Part shown: positions 1 through 10,433 of the stretch, one piece after another
How positions within the stretch are numbered: the first letter of the stretch is position 1
How the letters are laid out: each line of letters starts with the position of its first letter
Source of the DNA: Scenedesmus sp. PABB004
Taxonomy: Eukaryota
NCBI GenBank assembly: GCA_014905635.1
Contig: JABVCE010000021.1
Location: 1-64,000 of the forward strand
Reading direction: 5' to 3'
Length of the DNA stretch: 64,000 nucleotides
Notes under the pieces: model-generated
What the model was told of the DNA's origin: nothing
The model's input: the letters and a program-made list of their open reading frames with translations, nothing else
Database searches by the model: none
Program-made: the position numbers and the translations under genes

Positions 1-209
1 CCCTAAACCCTAAACCCTAAACCCTAAACCCTAAACCCTAAACCCTAAACCCTAAACCCTAAACCCTAAACCCTAAACCCTAAACCCTAAACCCTAAACC
101 CTAAACCCTAAACCCTAAACCCTAAAACCCTAAAACCCTAAACCCTACCCTAGAAACCCTAACCCTAAACCCTAAACCCTAACCCTAAAACCCTAAACCC
201 TAAACCCTA
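1..209. repeat. Telomere, (CCCTAAA)n = TTTAGGG type, left chromosome end
   Basis: 17 perfect CCCTAAA units at 1-119, then a degenerate proximal zone at 120-209 (CCCTAAAA, CCCTAA, CCCTA, CCCTAGAAA variants). C-rich strand at the 5' start, as expected for a left end. Confidence 0.99.
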
Positions 210-215
210 TCTGCC

Positions 216-486
216 TCTGATGATGTCAGCGCGGCGGTCAGCGTCAGCAGCGTCTCTGCTGGTGCGGCGGCCCCTCGGGCTGCCGTTACCGGCGCGGCGA
301 GTCGGTGTGCAACACTGGAGCAGGCTCGGCGTTATCTGCTTGGTGACCTGCTGCAGGATCAGCTTGCTGTTCACTCTGTGGCAGATTATGTGATGGACAT
401 CTGGAAGATGCGGGACACCGTCCTTAAGGGGCGCGGGACCAATGGGCGCGAGCCTGTGGTGTAACTATCTTTATCTTTATCTTTTA
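216..486 (+). mobile_element. 5'-truncated non-LTR retrotransposon (LINE, RTE/RTEX-like) 3' remnant with tandem-repeat tail and 7-bp TSD
   Basis: Lower-GC segment with a stop-free frame ending at TAA 462-464 (...LEQARRYLLGDLLQDQLAVHSVADYVMDIWKMRDTVLKGRGTNGREPVV*), resembling LINE ORF2 C-termini (WxxR motif). (TATCTT)3 follows at 466-483. ATCTGCC flanks it at 209-215 and 487-493. Confidence 0.7.
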
Positions 487-1034
487 ATCTGCCACGGAGC
501 GAACAGCAAGCGCCGATGCGCCCGCCCGGCACTGACGCCCGAGGCCGACGCGCCCTGGCTGAACGGCCCCGCCCGCCGCGCGGTCTAGGGGGAGGAGGAG
601 GAGGATGGGGGGAACGCACGGCAGACGGGCACGGCTCGTGTTTCAGCGCCCCGCCCGAGCGCTTGCTGAGAGTGCAGTCTTGCGCGTCCCCATCGACGCC
701 GCCGCACGTCGCGCAGCCGGCCACCGCGACCACGCTCGCCGCACCGAGCAGGGCGCGCGCCAGCCAGCATGCGTCCCCGGGCCGCCGCGTTGCCCCCCCT
801 CTTGCCACCCATTCGCGACGCGCCGCCGGCGCCCCTTCGCAGCGATGCCCCCACGCCCCCAAGCCATGCAGACCCTGCTGACACCAGTCAATGGGCCGCG
901 CCTGCTCGGCGCGCGCCCAGCCCCCTCGCGCCCGGCCGCGGCCGTGCTCGTGTGATGCGAGCGCGTGCCCGCCGCCCCCAGAAAACCCCACATGTGCGTC
1001 GCGTGCTCGCGCAGCCATCCTCTCGCACACACCC

Positions 1035-2385
1035 CTAACGCTGCCGCACGCGCCACGCGGTGCGGCTGCCGCCGCTGCTGCCGCTGCCGCCGCTGCCGCC
1101 GCTGCCGCCGCTGCCGCCGCTGCCGCCGGCGCCGCTGGCCTTGGCGGTGCCAGCGGCAGGCTGGGCGGCCGCGCCCTGCGCGCGCTTGCCGTCACCGGCC
1201 TTCGCGGGCCGCCCCTGCCCCCCGCGCTGCTGCGGCGGCACCATGTGGATGGCCGCCGGCAGCGCCGCCGCCGCGTTGTGCGGCGCGGGGGCGCCGCCGA
1301 CGCCGCGGCCGTGCAGCGCGCCCGTCGCGCCAGCGGCGCCCGTGCACGCCTGGCGCTGTGGCCTGCCGTGCGTGCGCGTGACGGCCTGCCAGCGCCCGTC
1401 GAGCAGCTCGCGCGCGCCGCCGGCGTCAAAGCTCCTGGCGGCGTGGCGCGCCGCCGGGGGGCTGGCCGGCGCGCCCGCAGCGCCGCGAGCGTCACCGCCC
1501 GCGCGGGCGTCGCCGGCGACGGGCTCCAGCGCGGAGGCAAGGCTCGCAATGAACGGCGGCGCCGCGCAGCGCGCGCCGACGCTGGCGTGCCCCGACGGGC
1601 CGTCGCCCGCGCTGGGCGCCGCGCACGGCTGTGCTCGGCGCGGCGGCTCACCGCCACGCTGCTGCTCGTGCGGCGCCGCGCCGCAGGCGCTGTGCTCTGC
1701 CACCACGCCGCCGTCCTCGACAGGGGCGGGCGTGACAGCAAACTCCGCGGGCAGGGTGCCAAACTGCAGCTCAGCCGGCGCGGCCTCGCCCGCCTCGCCG
1801 CCGGCCGTGCCGCCGCCCTGGCTGATGAGCCCCGGCTGCTCCGCGGGCGCGCCGCCCCACTGCTGCCACGGCGGCTGCTGCGCCTGCTGCACCGCCGTCG
1901 CCGCGGCGAGCGCGTACTGGCAAAAGTAGTAATGCGCCCAGCCCGCCACGTACGCCTGCTCCTCGGCGCTCAGCGGCGAGACCTCCGCGCCCGCCGCCGC
2001 GGCCGCGGCGCGGCCGGAGTGGACCCACATGTCGCGCACCGCCGCGTCGTGCGCCGCCGCAAGCCACTGCTGGTGCAGCAGCGCGGCGCCCTGCAGCTCA
2101 GAGCCGGGGTACGACGGCTCTGCCGCTGGCAGCGAGGGCGGGCCGTGGCCTAGCAGACCGTGGAGCGCAAGCGCCTGGGTCGCCACCGCCCCGGCGCTGG
2201 GGGCTGCTGCAGCTGACCGCTCCCGCGCCGCTGCTGCGTCCGCCGCTGCTGCCGCCTCGCCGCCACCGCTGGTGCGCCGCTCGGACGGGGCCACCGCGGC
2301 GGGAGCCAGCTGCCCCGCCTGCGCCTGCGGCTGCGCCTGCGGCTGCGCCTGCGGCTGCGCTTGCTGCTGCTGCTGCTGCTTCTGC

Positions 2386-2427
<42 letters not shown>

Positions 2428-5400
2428 GCCTGCTGCGCCTGCGGGTGCTGCTCCTGCTGTGCCTGCTGCGCCTGCGGCTGCTGCTCCGGCCTCAGTGCCT
2501 CGGCCGGTGCCGGCAGGCGGGTGCCCGCCTTGAACGGCGCGCGCGGCTCAGCTGCAGCGCGCGCGCCGGCGCCGGGCGTGGCGCCGCGCGCCGCGCGCAC
2601 GGAGGGCGCCGCTGCAGCCTGCTCTGCGCCGGCAGCCGCAGCATCCGGCTTGCGCGGGGCGCTCCGCTCCTGCTGCTCTCCGCGCTGCTGCTGCTCCTTG
2701 AGCCTCCAAAGCTGGCTGAGCTCCTCGGTCTGCTGCAGCAGGCGCGCCTGCAGGAGCTGCTCTGCGACCAGCCTGCCCTTGGTTGCGCTGTCGCGCTGCA
2801 GGGCCGGCCCCAGCGCAGCTGCCGCGCGAGCAGCACCGCCCTGCAGCTTGTCACCGGCGCCGCCGCCTCCGCTGGCAGCTGCCGGCGCCTGCGGCGGCGC
2901 GCCAGCAGCGCTGCCCTCCGTGTCGCTGCCGTCGCTGTCGACCGCCTTCCACGCGGGGACCTTGCGCGGCCCGCTCGCGGGCTGGGGCTTGGCGGGCCTG
3001 GCGGGCTTGGCGGCCTTCTTCTTGTCCCGCCTGCCCTTGCCCGCTGCGCTGCTGCCCTGGCCGTCGGCCTGGCCGCTCGGCGCCGCGCTCTCCTCCAGCA
3101 GCTGCGCCATGATGCGCTGCGCCTCGGCGTCCTTGGCCTGAGGGCGTGCCGCGCGCGGGAGCGAGCGGTGCGCGGCGGGCACGTCGGCGCGCCGCGCCGC
3201 GCGCACGCGACAGCGCTGCCGCCCGCGCGCGCGCGCGCGCACGCTCCCGCGCGCCGCCCGGAGCAGGCTCCCCCGCACCTTGTGGAAGGCCGTGACCACG
3301 CGGCGCTCGAGCCAGAAGCTCAGCGCGGCGTCGTCTGCGCCCCACTGCGGCAGCACGTCCAGCACGTCGCGCCCGCTCGCGACGAGGGTCATCACGCCCT
3401 CCGCCGACCAGTGCCCGCTGCAGCCGGGCTCGCCCGCGCCCGGCACGATCACGCCCGTGTGCCCGCGCAGCAGGCCGTCGCAGACGATGCAGTCGCACGG
3501 GCTGGTGTGGGGCTGCTGCAGCAGCCCGGGGTTGCACAGCCATGTCTCCTCGCTTGCGCGCTCGAGCAAGCACAGAATGCGCTCCAGGGCCGGCAGCGGG
3601 GCGCGCGGCGCGGGCGCCGCCGGCGCGTGGCAGCCGCACGCGCACGCCCACGTGTGCGAGGCGCTGGCATCGCCGCCCGGCGCGCTGCAGCCAGAGCAGC
3701 AGGCGCGGCGCACGCGCGCCACGTGCGCGGCGGCCAGGGCAGCGGCGCCGCTCGGGGGCGGCGCCTGCGGCTGCGCTGGCGCCGCGGGCTGCTGCTGCGC
3801 CTCCTGCCGCTCCGCCTCGGCTGCGCTCTGCGCTGGCCAGCCTGCGCACAGCCGCTGCAGCTCGCTGAGCTGCAGCGGGGTGCCCTCGCCAGCCACGCCT
3901 GGCAGCAGCGCGCCGCTGAACCACGCCCTGGCCGTGCTCAGCGCCGCCAGCCGCGCCTGCGGCGTGACCTCGCCTGCGGCGTCGCGCTGCCGGCTGCGCG
4001 CGTCGAGGCGGGCGAGACCCTCTGCACTGACCGCGTGCGGCTCGGGCAGCGCCAGCAGCGCCGCCAGCGCGCCCTCCGGCAGCGCGCGCAGGAACGCCAC
4101 CACCCCTGCCCTGAACGCCTGCGGGCGCGCGCGCGAGGGCACTGCGTCAGCGGCGCTGCAGCAAAACTTCACGGCGCCCTCACAGCGCGCAGCGGGCCGC
4201 CGCTGCACACCTTGGTCGTCGCGCTGCGCGCCGACGGCAGGTGGCTCAGCTGGCAGCGCGTCTTGTTGAGCTCCGCGCGGAAGGTGAGCTTGCAGCCCTT
4301 GAACTTGCACCGCAGCGCTGGCGCGGCTGCGGCAGTCGGCTCCGCAGCCACGGGCGCAGGAGCAGCCGCGGCAGCCCGCCGCACAGCGGGCGCCTCGTCC
4401 TCGCTGTCACCCCCGCCCGGCCGGTCCCACAGCGCGCTCTCCAGGTTGTCGCGCGCGCGGCGGCGCGCCTCTCGTGCGGCGCGCGCTGACGCGTCCGCGT
4501 GCTCGGGCGCGCCCGCCTTGGCGCGGGGTGCCTTCTTGGCCTTGGCGCCGCCGCCAGGCTTGGCGCCGCCACCGGCCGCCGCGCCAGTGGCGACGGCCGC
4601 TCTCGAGCGCGGCGCGCCCGCGCCGCCCCGCTCCGCCGCCGCGTGCGACGCCTGCTGCTGGCGCTGCTGCAGGCGCACGCGCAGCTCAGGCGGGTCGTCG
4701 TCGCTGCAGTCGCTCGCAGCGCAGCCCGGCAGCTGCGGGTCGCTGCGGCCCGGCTCAGGCTGCTGCCCAATCACGTGCGTGCCCGGGCCTAGCTGGGCGC
4801 GGCGGCCGCCATCGTGCGGCCTGAGCTCTGCGCCGTTGGGCGCCGCAGAGACCCCCGGGCTCGAGGGGTGGCTGGTGCTGCTGAAGGTCGACCGCACGCC
4901 GCCTGGTGCCAGACCCGCGCTGCCGCCCAGCGCGGCGGCACCCGGCGCCCAGTTGAGCGGCGGCAGCAGCCCGGGTTGCCCCGGCGCCCCGCCCGGCAGG
5001 GCCCTGGGCAGCTCCATCGGCGCCGTCTGCGCAGCCGCATCGGCGGTCGCGCCGCGCCTGGGCGGCAGCGTGCGCGGCGGCAGCTGACGCAGCACGTGCT
5101 GCACCGGCGCCCGCGCCGCGGTCAGGGCGGCCGCCGCGAGCGCCGCGGCCGCGCTGAAGCCTGCGCGGCCCTCGCCGGCGTCGCTGCCGCCCGCCTCGCT
5201 GCCGCTGCCGCTGCCGCTGCCGCTGCCGCTGGCGCCACTGCCGCCACCGCCGCCGCCCGCGCTGCTACCGCGCGGCCCGCCGCCGCGGGCTGCACAGCGC
5301 AGGCGCACGTCGTCCATGCCGGCCTCCGAGCCCGAGCTGCTGTGCGCGTCGCTCTCGCTGGGCAAGCGCTCGTAGCAGAACTCGGCGTCATCCACGCCGC

Positions 5401-7091
5401 TGGAGCTGTCGCGGTCGCTGTCGGCAGCTGCCAAACCGCTCAGCGCCGGCGGCTGTATGCCAAGCGCCAGCGCCTCCAGGCCCTTGGAAAAGCTGTGCCG
5501 AACGCACGGCGTGGCGCCGGGCTCGCCGTCGCTGTCAGTGCCGCTGTCGACGTCCATGGCCTCCGCGCCGCCACCCCACGCCGGCCGCGAGGCCTGCAGG
5601 CTGGCCACGCCGCACACGGCCGCGGCGGCAGAGGCCGCTGACGTGGCTGCCGCCGCTGCCGCTGCCGCAGCCGCCGCCGCCGCCACGGCCGGCCCTGCCT
5701 CGCCGCACGCGCTGCCGACGCGGGCCGGGGCGGCGTCCAGCTCATCACCGTACGCGGTGGCCCGCCGCGCCCACCACCCCGCACGGGACAGCTCAGACGC
5801 GCCGCTGACGGCGGCGGTCAGGCTCGCCACGTCCGCGCCTGGCACTGTGCTCGCCGCCAGCAGCTCGAGCACGCCATGCTCGCTGGGCTGCTGCAGCAGG
5901 CTGTCCGACGCGTCAGACACGCGCCGCATGGCCGGCTCCGCACCCGCGCCGCGCGTCAACGTGGCGACGCCGACGTCGTCGTCGGCGCCGTCATCGCTGC
6001 CGCGAGCGTGCCGCTGCTGCTGCGCCTGCTGCTGCTGCGCCTGCTGCTGCTGGGCCTGCGCCTGCTGTGCCTGCTGCTGCCAGTGCGCGGCCTTGGCAGC
6101 CAGGCGCGGGCTGTCGGCCCGCGCGCGGCTGCCCAGCGGCGGCGACAGGCGGCCCGCGGCCACCGACTTGAGCGCCGCCGCGCTCCCCGGCGCCGCGGCC
6201 GCGGCCGCGTGCTTGGGCGCAACAGCAGCCAGCGGCGCGAGCGCGCCGGCCGCCTGCGGCGGCGCGTCCGCGGCCTGCTGCAGGCCGGGGGCCGCGGGCC
6301 GCGCCGCGTGCGCCGCGCCGGCCATGAACGGAAACACGCCCGACGTGAACACGTACCGCCCGGGCTCCGCCAGCGCCGCGCTGAACGCGTCCCCCGCGAG
6401 CAGCACGCCCGACGCCGCGACCGCATCGCCCGCGGCGTCGAGCACGCTGATCTGCTGCCGCGAGCACCGCGGCGCCAGCCGGAAGTGCAGCTCGCACGGC
6501 GCCTCGCACTCCACGCTCGCCGGGCTGAAGCGGAAGTCCTGCACGGTGATGGTCACGCGCGGCATGGCGCGCGCTGCGGCACGGCGGGCGTGGCGGCGCA
6601 CGGTCGGCGGCGCGGGCCTGCGCTCGCGCCTGCCGCATGCGCGGCGGCCCAGCGGGTCCTCTGCCGCTCCCCGCCCTGCGCGCACCGTCGATGCCACGCG
6701 CGATGTCCTTGCTGGCGTCCAGCAGCGCCTCTCGCGTGGCGCGGTCCGCCGCCGCGTCGGCGGGGACCTGCGTGGCGGCGAGCAGCGGCGGCGCCTGCGT
6801 CGGGCCGCCCGCAGCGCGCCGGCCGCTCGCCGGGCGCCCACGTCCGCGTACCGTTGCCACGGGGCCGCAGCAGCGCGCCCGGGGCAGGAGGGGGCCGCCC
6901 CACGCCCGGGAGGACCGGCGCCAGATTTGCGCGCCACCCGCCGCGCGCCGCGCGCCCCGGCACCTCCCGCGCCTCGCTGCCCGCACCGTGTCCCACGCCT
7001 CCAGGAAGGCCTCGACCGCGCGATCGCTCAGGCCGCCCTCGTTGTGGTCGCTCGCCAGGAGGCGCCCAAGCTGCGCGGCGACCTCGCGCAT
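1035..7091 (-). CDS. Large multi-exon protein: N-terminal cupredoxin-like domain, C2H2-like zinc finger with conserved helical region (plant C2H2-like family), polyQ/low-complexity C-terminus
   Basis: ATG 7091; exons approx 7091-6987, 6767-6686, 6573-4211, 4118-3280, 3137-1035, joined in phase by GT-AG. Motifs: VTITVQDFRFSPASVE...PGRYVFTSGVFPFMAG; CKFKGCKLTF...CQLSH; LERASEETWLC; LERRVVTAFHKAKDAEAQRIMAQLLEE. The 3' end is uncertain. Confidence 0.7.
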
Positions 7092-7329
7092 GGCCGCCGC
7101 CGCCGACGGCCGTCGCGGGGCGGGCCAGGTCTGCTGCGTGGGCCGGCGACGCAGAGATGCGCAGCGCGCAGCAGCAGCAGCTGGGCGGGCAAAGGACGGT
7201 TTTGCGCATGGCCACGCCGCGCGCGCCGCCCGCGCCACACCGCTCCTCGTGCGCCCACGACGCGCAGGCAGGGCGCGCCGCTGCGCCGCAGAGGGCTGCC
7301 ACCCGGGCGTGCTGCCGCCGCGGGCAGCG
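7092..7329. promoter_or_regulatory. Short bidirectional promoter/5' UTR region
   Basis: Only 238 bp between the divergent ATGs at 7091 (-) and 7330 (+). Confidence 0.55.
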
Positions 7330-10014
7330 ATGAGGGGCACGACGCTGCGCCTGCTGATCAACGCGGGTGCGTTGATCGCCCCGCACCGGGCGCGCCGGGA
7401 GGGCCAGGCGTCCGCCACCGCGCCGCGGGCGGGCGAGATCACCTCCAGCGCCGCCCCGCGCGACGCCCTGGGCGCCCAGCCGCCCGCCGCGCCGCTGGGG
7501 ACCGGCGCCGGGGCCTGCCCGTGCCGCGGAGGCTGCGGCCCCGCCGTGCGCCGCGCACCAGGCGCCGGGCGGCCGCAACAGCAGCGAGGCGCTCGAGCGA
7601 GTGCTGCCCGCCCACCGCCGGCCCCCCGCTCACGCTGGGGGCACAGCGGTGCCGACGGCGTCCGCGCCCGCAAGCCGGGCAGGCGGCAGCTGGCCGGCGC
7701 GCGCCGCGCGGCGCCCCAACCCCACGCCGCCGCTGCTGCCGCCGCTCCCGCAGGCGCGCAGCGCCTCGCGGCGGCGCAGGCAGCCCCGGGCCTGGCCGGC
7801 AACGCAGCATGGCTCCGCGGCGTGGCGCAGCTGCCGGCGTTTGAGCGGTGCGGGCGCCGCCGGCGCTGCGCAGACCGCGCGCGCACCGCGCGCGGTCAGC
7901 GGTCGCGACCCTGTGCCGCGCCCGCCCCGCGCGGCCCGCAGGCGCGCGCTGTCTACGAGTGCGGCGTCGGGCGCGGCGGCCCCTGCCGCGGCGCAGGTCA
8001 GCGGCGACCTGGCGGGCGTGCTGGCGCAGGTGGACGCCGTGGTGTCGCGCGCCGACGCGGGCGCCAAGGACGTCGCCGACGCCGCGATGGCCCTGGCCTA
8101 CCTCCAGGCGCGCGCCGACCGCAGGTGCGTGCGCAGCGCGGCGCGGCGCCGGCGCCGGCGGCGCGCTCCCCGCTCGCCCCAACGCGGTCGCCGCCGCCGC
8201 CGCACCGCCGCCGCCGGGGCTCGCGCAGGCTCTGGGGCAAGGTTTTCGAGCGCGCGTCGGCGGCCAAGGCCTCCTTTGACGCGGCCAGCCTCGCCGCCTT
8301 TCTCTGGGCCGCCAACACCGCGGGTGCGCGCGGCGCGGCCGCCGGCGCTGCCGGGCGCCGCGGCCGGGCGGACGCGTGCTGAGCGCGGCCCGCGCGTCGC
8401 ACCGCAGGCGTGTCTCACTTCAAGACCACCTTTGAGCTCGCGGGCCCCGCCGCCAAGCTGCTGGGCAGCTTCAGCCCCGCGCAGCTCGCGGTCGTGGTGG
8501 AGGCGCTGGGCGGCGCGGGCGTGAACGACGGTGAGCTCATGAAGGCGGTGAGCGCGCACGTCGTGTCCAAGGCGGCAGAGTTCTCGGCCTCCCAGCTGGC
8601 CAAGGTGCTGGCCGGCTTTGCGGGCGCGGGCGTCGTGGACGTCGCGCTCACCAAGGCGGTGCTCGCCGCGCTCGCGGGCAAGGCGGGCGGCGACGCGAGC
8701 GCCAAGGACCTGGGCCAGGTGGTCTGGGCGCTCGCCAAGATGGGCCGGTGAGCGCGGCGGCGAGAGCGGCGGCGCACCGCGCGGGCGCCCCGCCCCGCTG
8801 CGCGCCGACCCTGCTCGCCCCGCGCGCGCAGCGTCGACGCGGGCGCGCTGGGCGCCCTGTCCAAGGCCATGGCCAGCAAGCTGGGCGCCGGCGACGCGCC
8901 CCAGGACGTGGTCGCGGCGGTCTGGGGCTTTGCGCACCTCAACGTCAAGCCCGACGCCGGCCTGCTCAGCAAGGCCGCCGCGCTGGTGAAGGGCGCGACC
9001 GCGGAGCTGAGCGCGGAGCAGCAGATCTGCGCGGCCTGGAGCTTTGCGCTGCTTGGCGCGGTGAGCGCGCTGGCGGCGGCCGGCGCGCGGCGCCGCCGCC
9101 GCGGCACCGGCCGCGGGCGGCGCCGCTGACGATGGGCGCCCCGTGCCGTGCCCCCCCCCCCCCCCCCTATCGCAGGCGGACAAGGACCTCTACGCCGGGC
9201 TCTTCACCGCCCTGGGCGGCGCGCTCAGCTCGGCGCCCGACAGCGTGAGCGTGCCCCTGCTGGCCCAGCTCGCCGAGGCGCAGCTGCTGGTGGCCGACAA
9301 GCTGGGCGCCCAGGCACCCAAGCTGCCGGAGCAGGTGCGCGGCACAGCGCACGCGACGCAGCGGCAGCTGCGGCGCCTGCGGCACCGTGGGCGCCGCGCG
9401 CTCACCGCGTGCCGCGCCCCTCACGTGTCGCCGCGCGCGCGGCAGGTGCTCAACTACTGCCTGGCCATGCACGGCGTGGTCGGGGACGCCGCCAAGATCA
9501 AGGCCGGCAGCGCGGGCGCGGCGTTCCGCGCGGCCGTGGCGGCCGCGACCGCGCGCGCGGGCGGCGCGAGGTACAAGCCGGAGATCGCGGCCGCGGTGGC
9601 GGCGCTGCCGGGCGCCACGCCCGACGGCCTGCCCGTGGAGATGGCGCTGCCCGCGCTCAAGGCCGCGGTGCTGCCCGTCGACGCGTCACACCTGAGCAGC
9701 AGCAGCCCGCGCGTGCCGCTCGGGCCCGTGGCCGCGCGCGCGGAGCTGCTCAAGGCGCGCGGCTTCGCGCCCGCGCTCGTGCCGCAGCCCGAGTTCTCGG
9801 CGCTGCCCGACGCGACCGCGCAGGCCAAGTGAGCACGCGGCGGCGTGGCGGGCGGCGCAGCGCGCGCGCGCGCGCCCGGCTCTGCGTCGCCCACTCACAA
9901 CGCGCGGCCCGCAGGTTTGTGCTGGCCGCCCTCAAGGCCGCCACGGGCGGGTCCGCCGCGGTCACCGCGCTGGAGAAGAAGCTGGCGGAGCCGTTTGACC
10001 CCTACGCGGAGTGA
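7330..10014 (+). CDS. ASA2: Mitochondrial ATP synthase peripheral-stalk subunit ASA2 (chlorophycean-specific)
   Basis: Multi-exon, presequence-like MRGTTLRLLINAG. AKDVADAAMALAYLQARADRRLWGKVFE, SHFKTTFELAGPA, VVEALGGAGV, GARYKPEIAAAVA and VPQPEFSALPD match recalled Polytomella/Chlamydomonas ASA2. Stop TGA 10012-10014. Confidence 0.92.
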
Positions 10015-10433
10015 GCCCGGCTGGGGGGTTAGGTAGCGCGGCGGTGGCTGGCGGGCGTTCAGGCGTCCCGCGGCTTGGCAACCTGGCCTGGGGCGGCGCG
10101 GGCGGGTGCGGGCGCGGGGGGCGGCGCGGGTCGGCAAGGATGACGTGACGCCTCGCGTGCGGGTCACGACTCGACAGCGACTTGATCGAGGGCTGACAGC
10201 GCCGCGCAGAACCCGACCTCCAGCAGGCTCCAAGCAGCCACCGTCACGGCTCGCAGCTCGCTGCACCGCGGGCGCGCTCTGTGTCTTTGACCTGCGTCGG
10301 CGCTGCGCTCAGCACGTGAAACCCCGGCCCAGCCGCTCGGAGGACCGCCCCGCCCGCGCACAACCGCTCGCACGCGCCGCACTGAGCAGGCGGCGCGCCC
10401 CGCCGCAGCGGCGCGCCGCGCCGCTGGCTTCGC

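Noticed and set aside
2330..2480. Cys-rich or poly-Leu (metallothionein-like) ORFs on the + strand, also near 43660
   Set aside because: Antisense readings of CAG repeats: polyQ in the first gene, and the 3' UTR of PSRP6.
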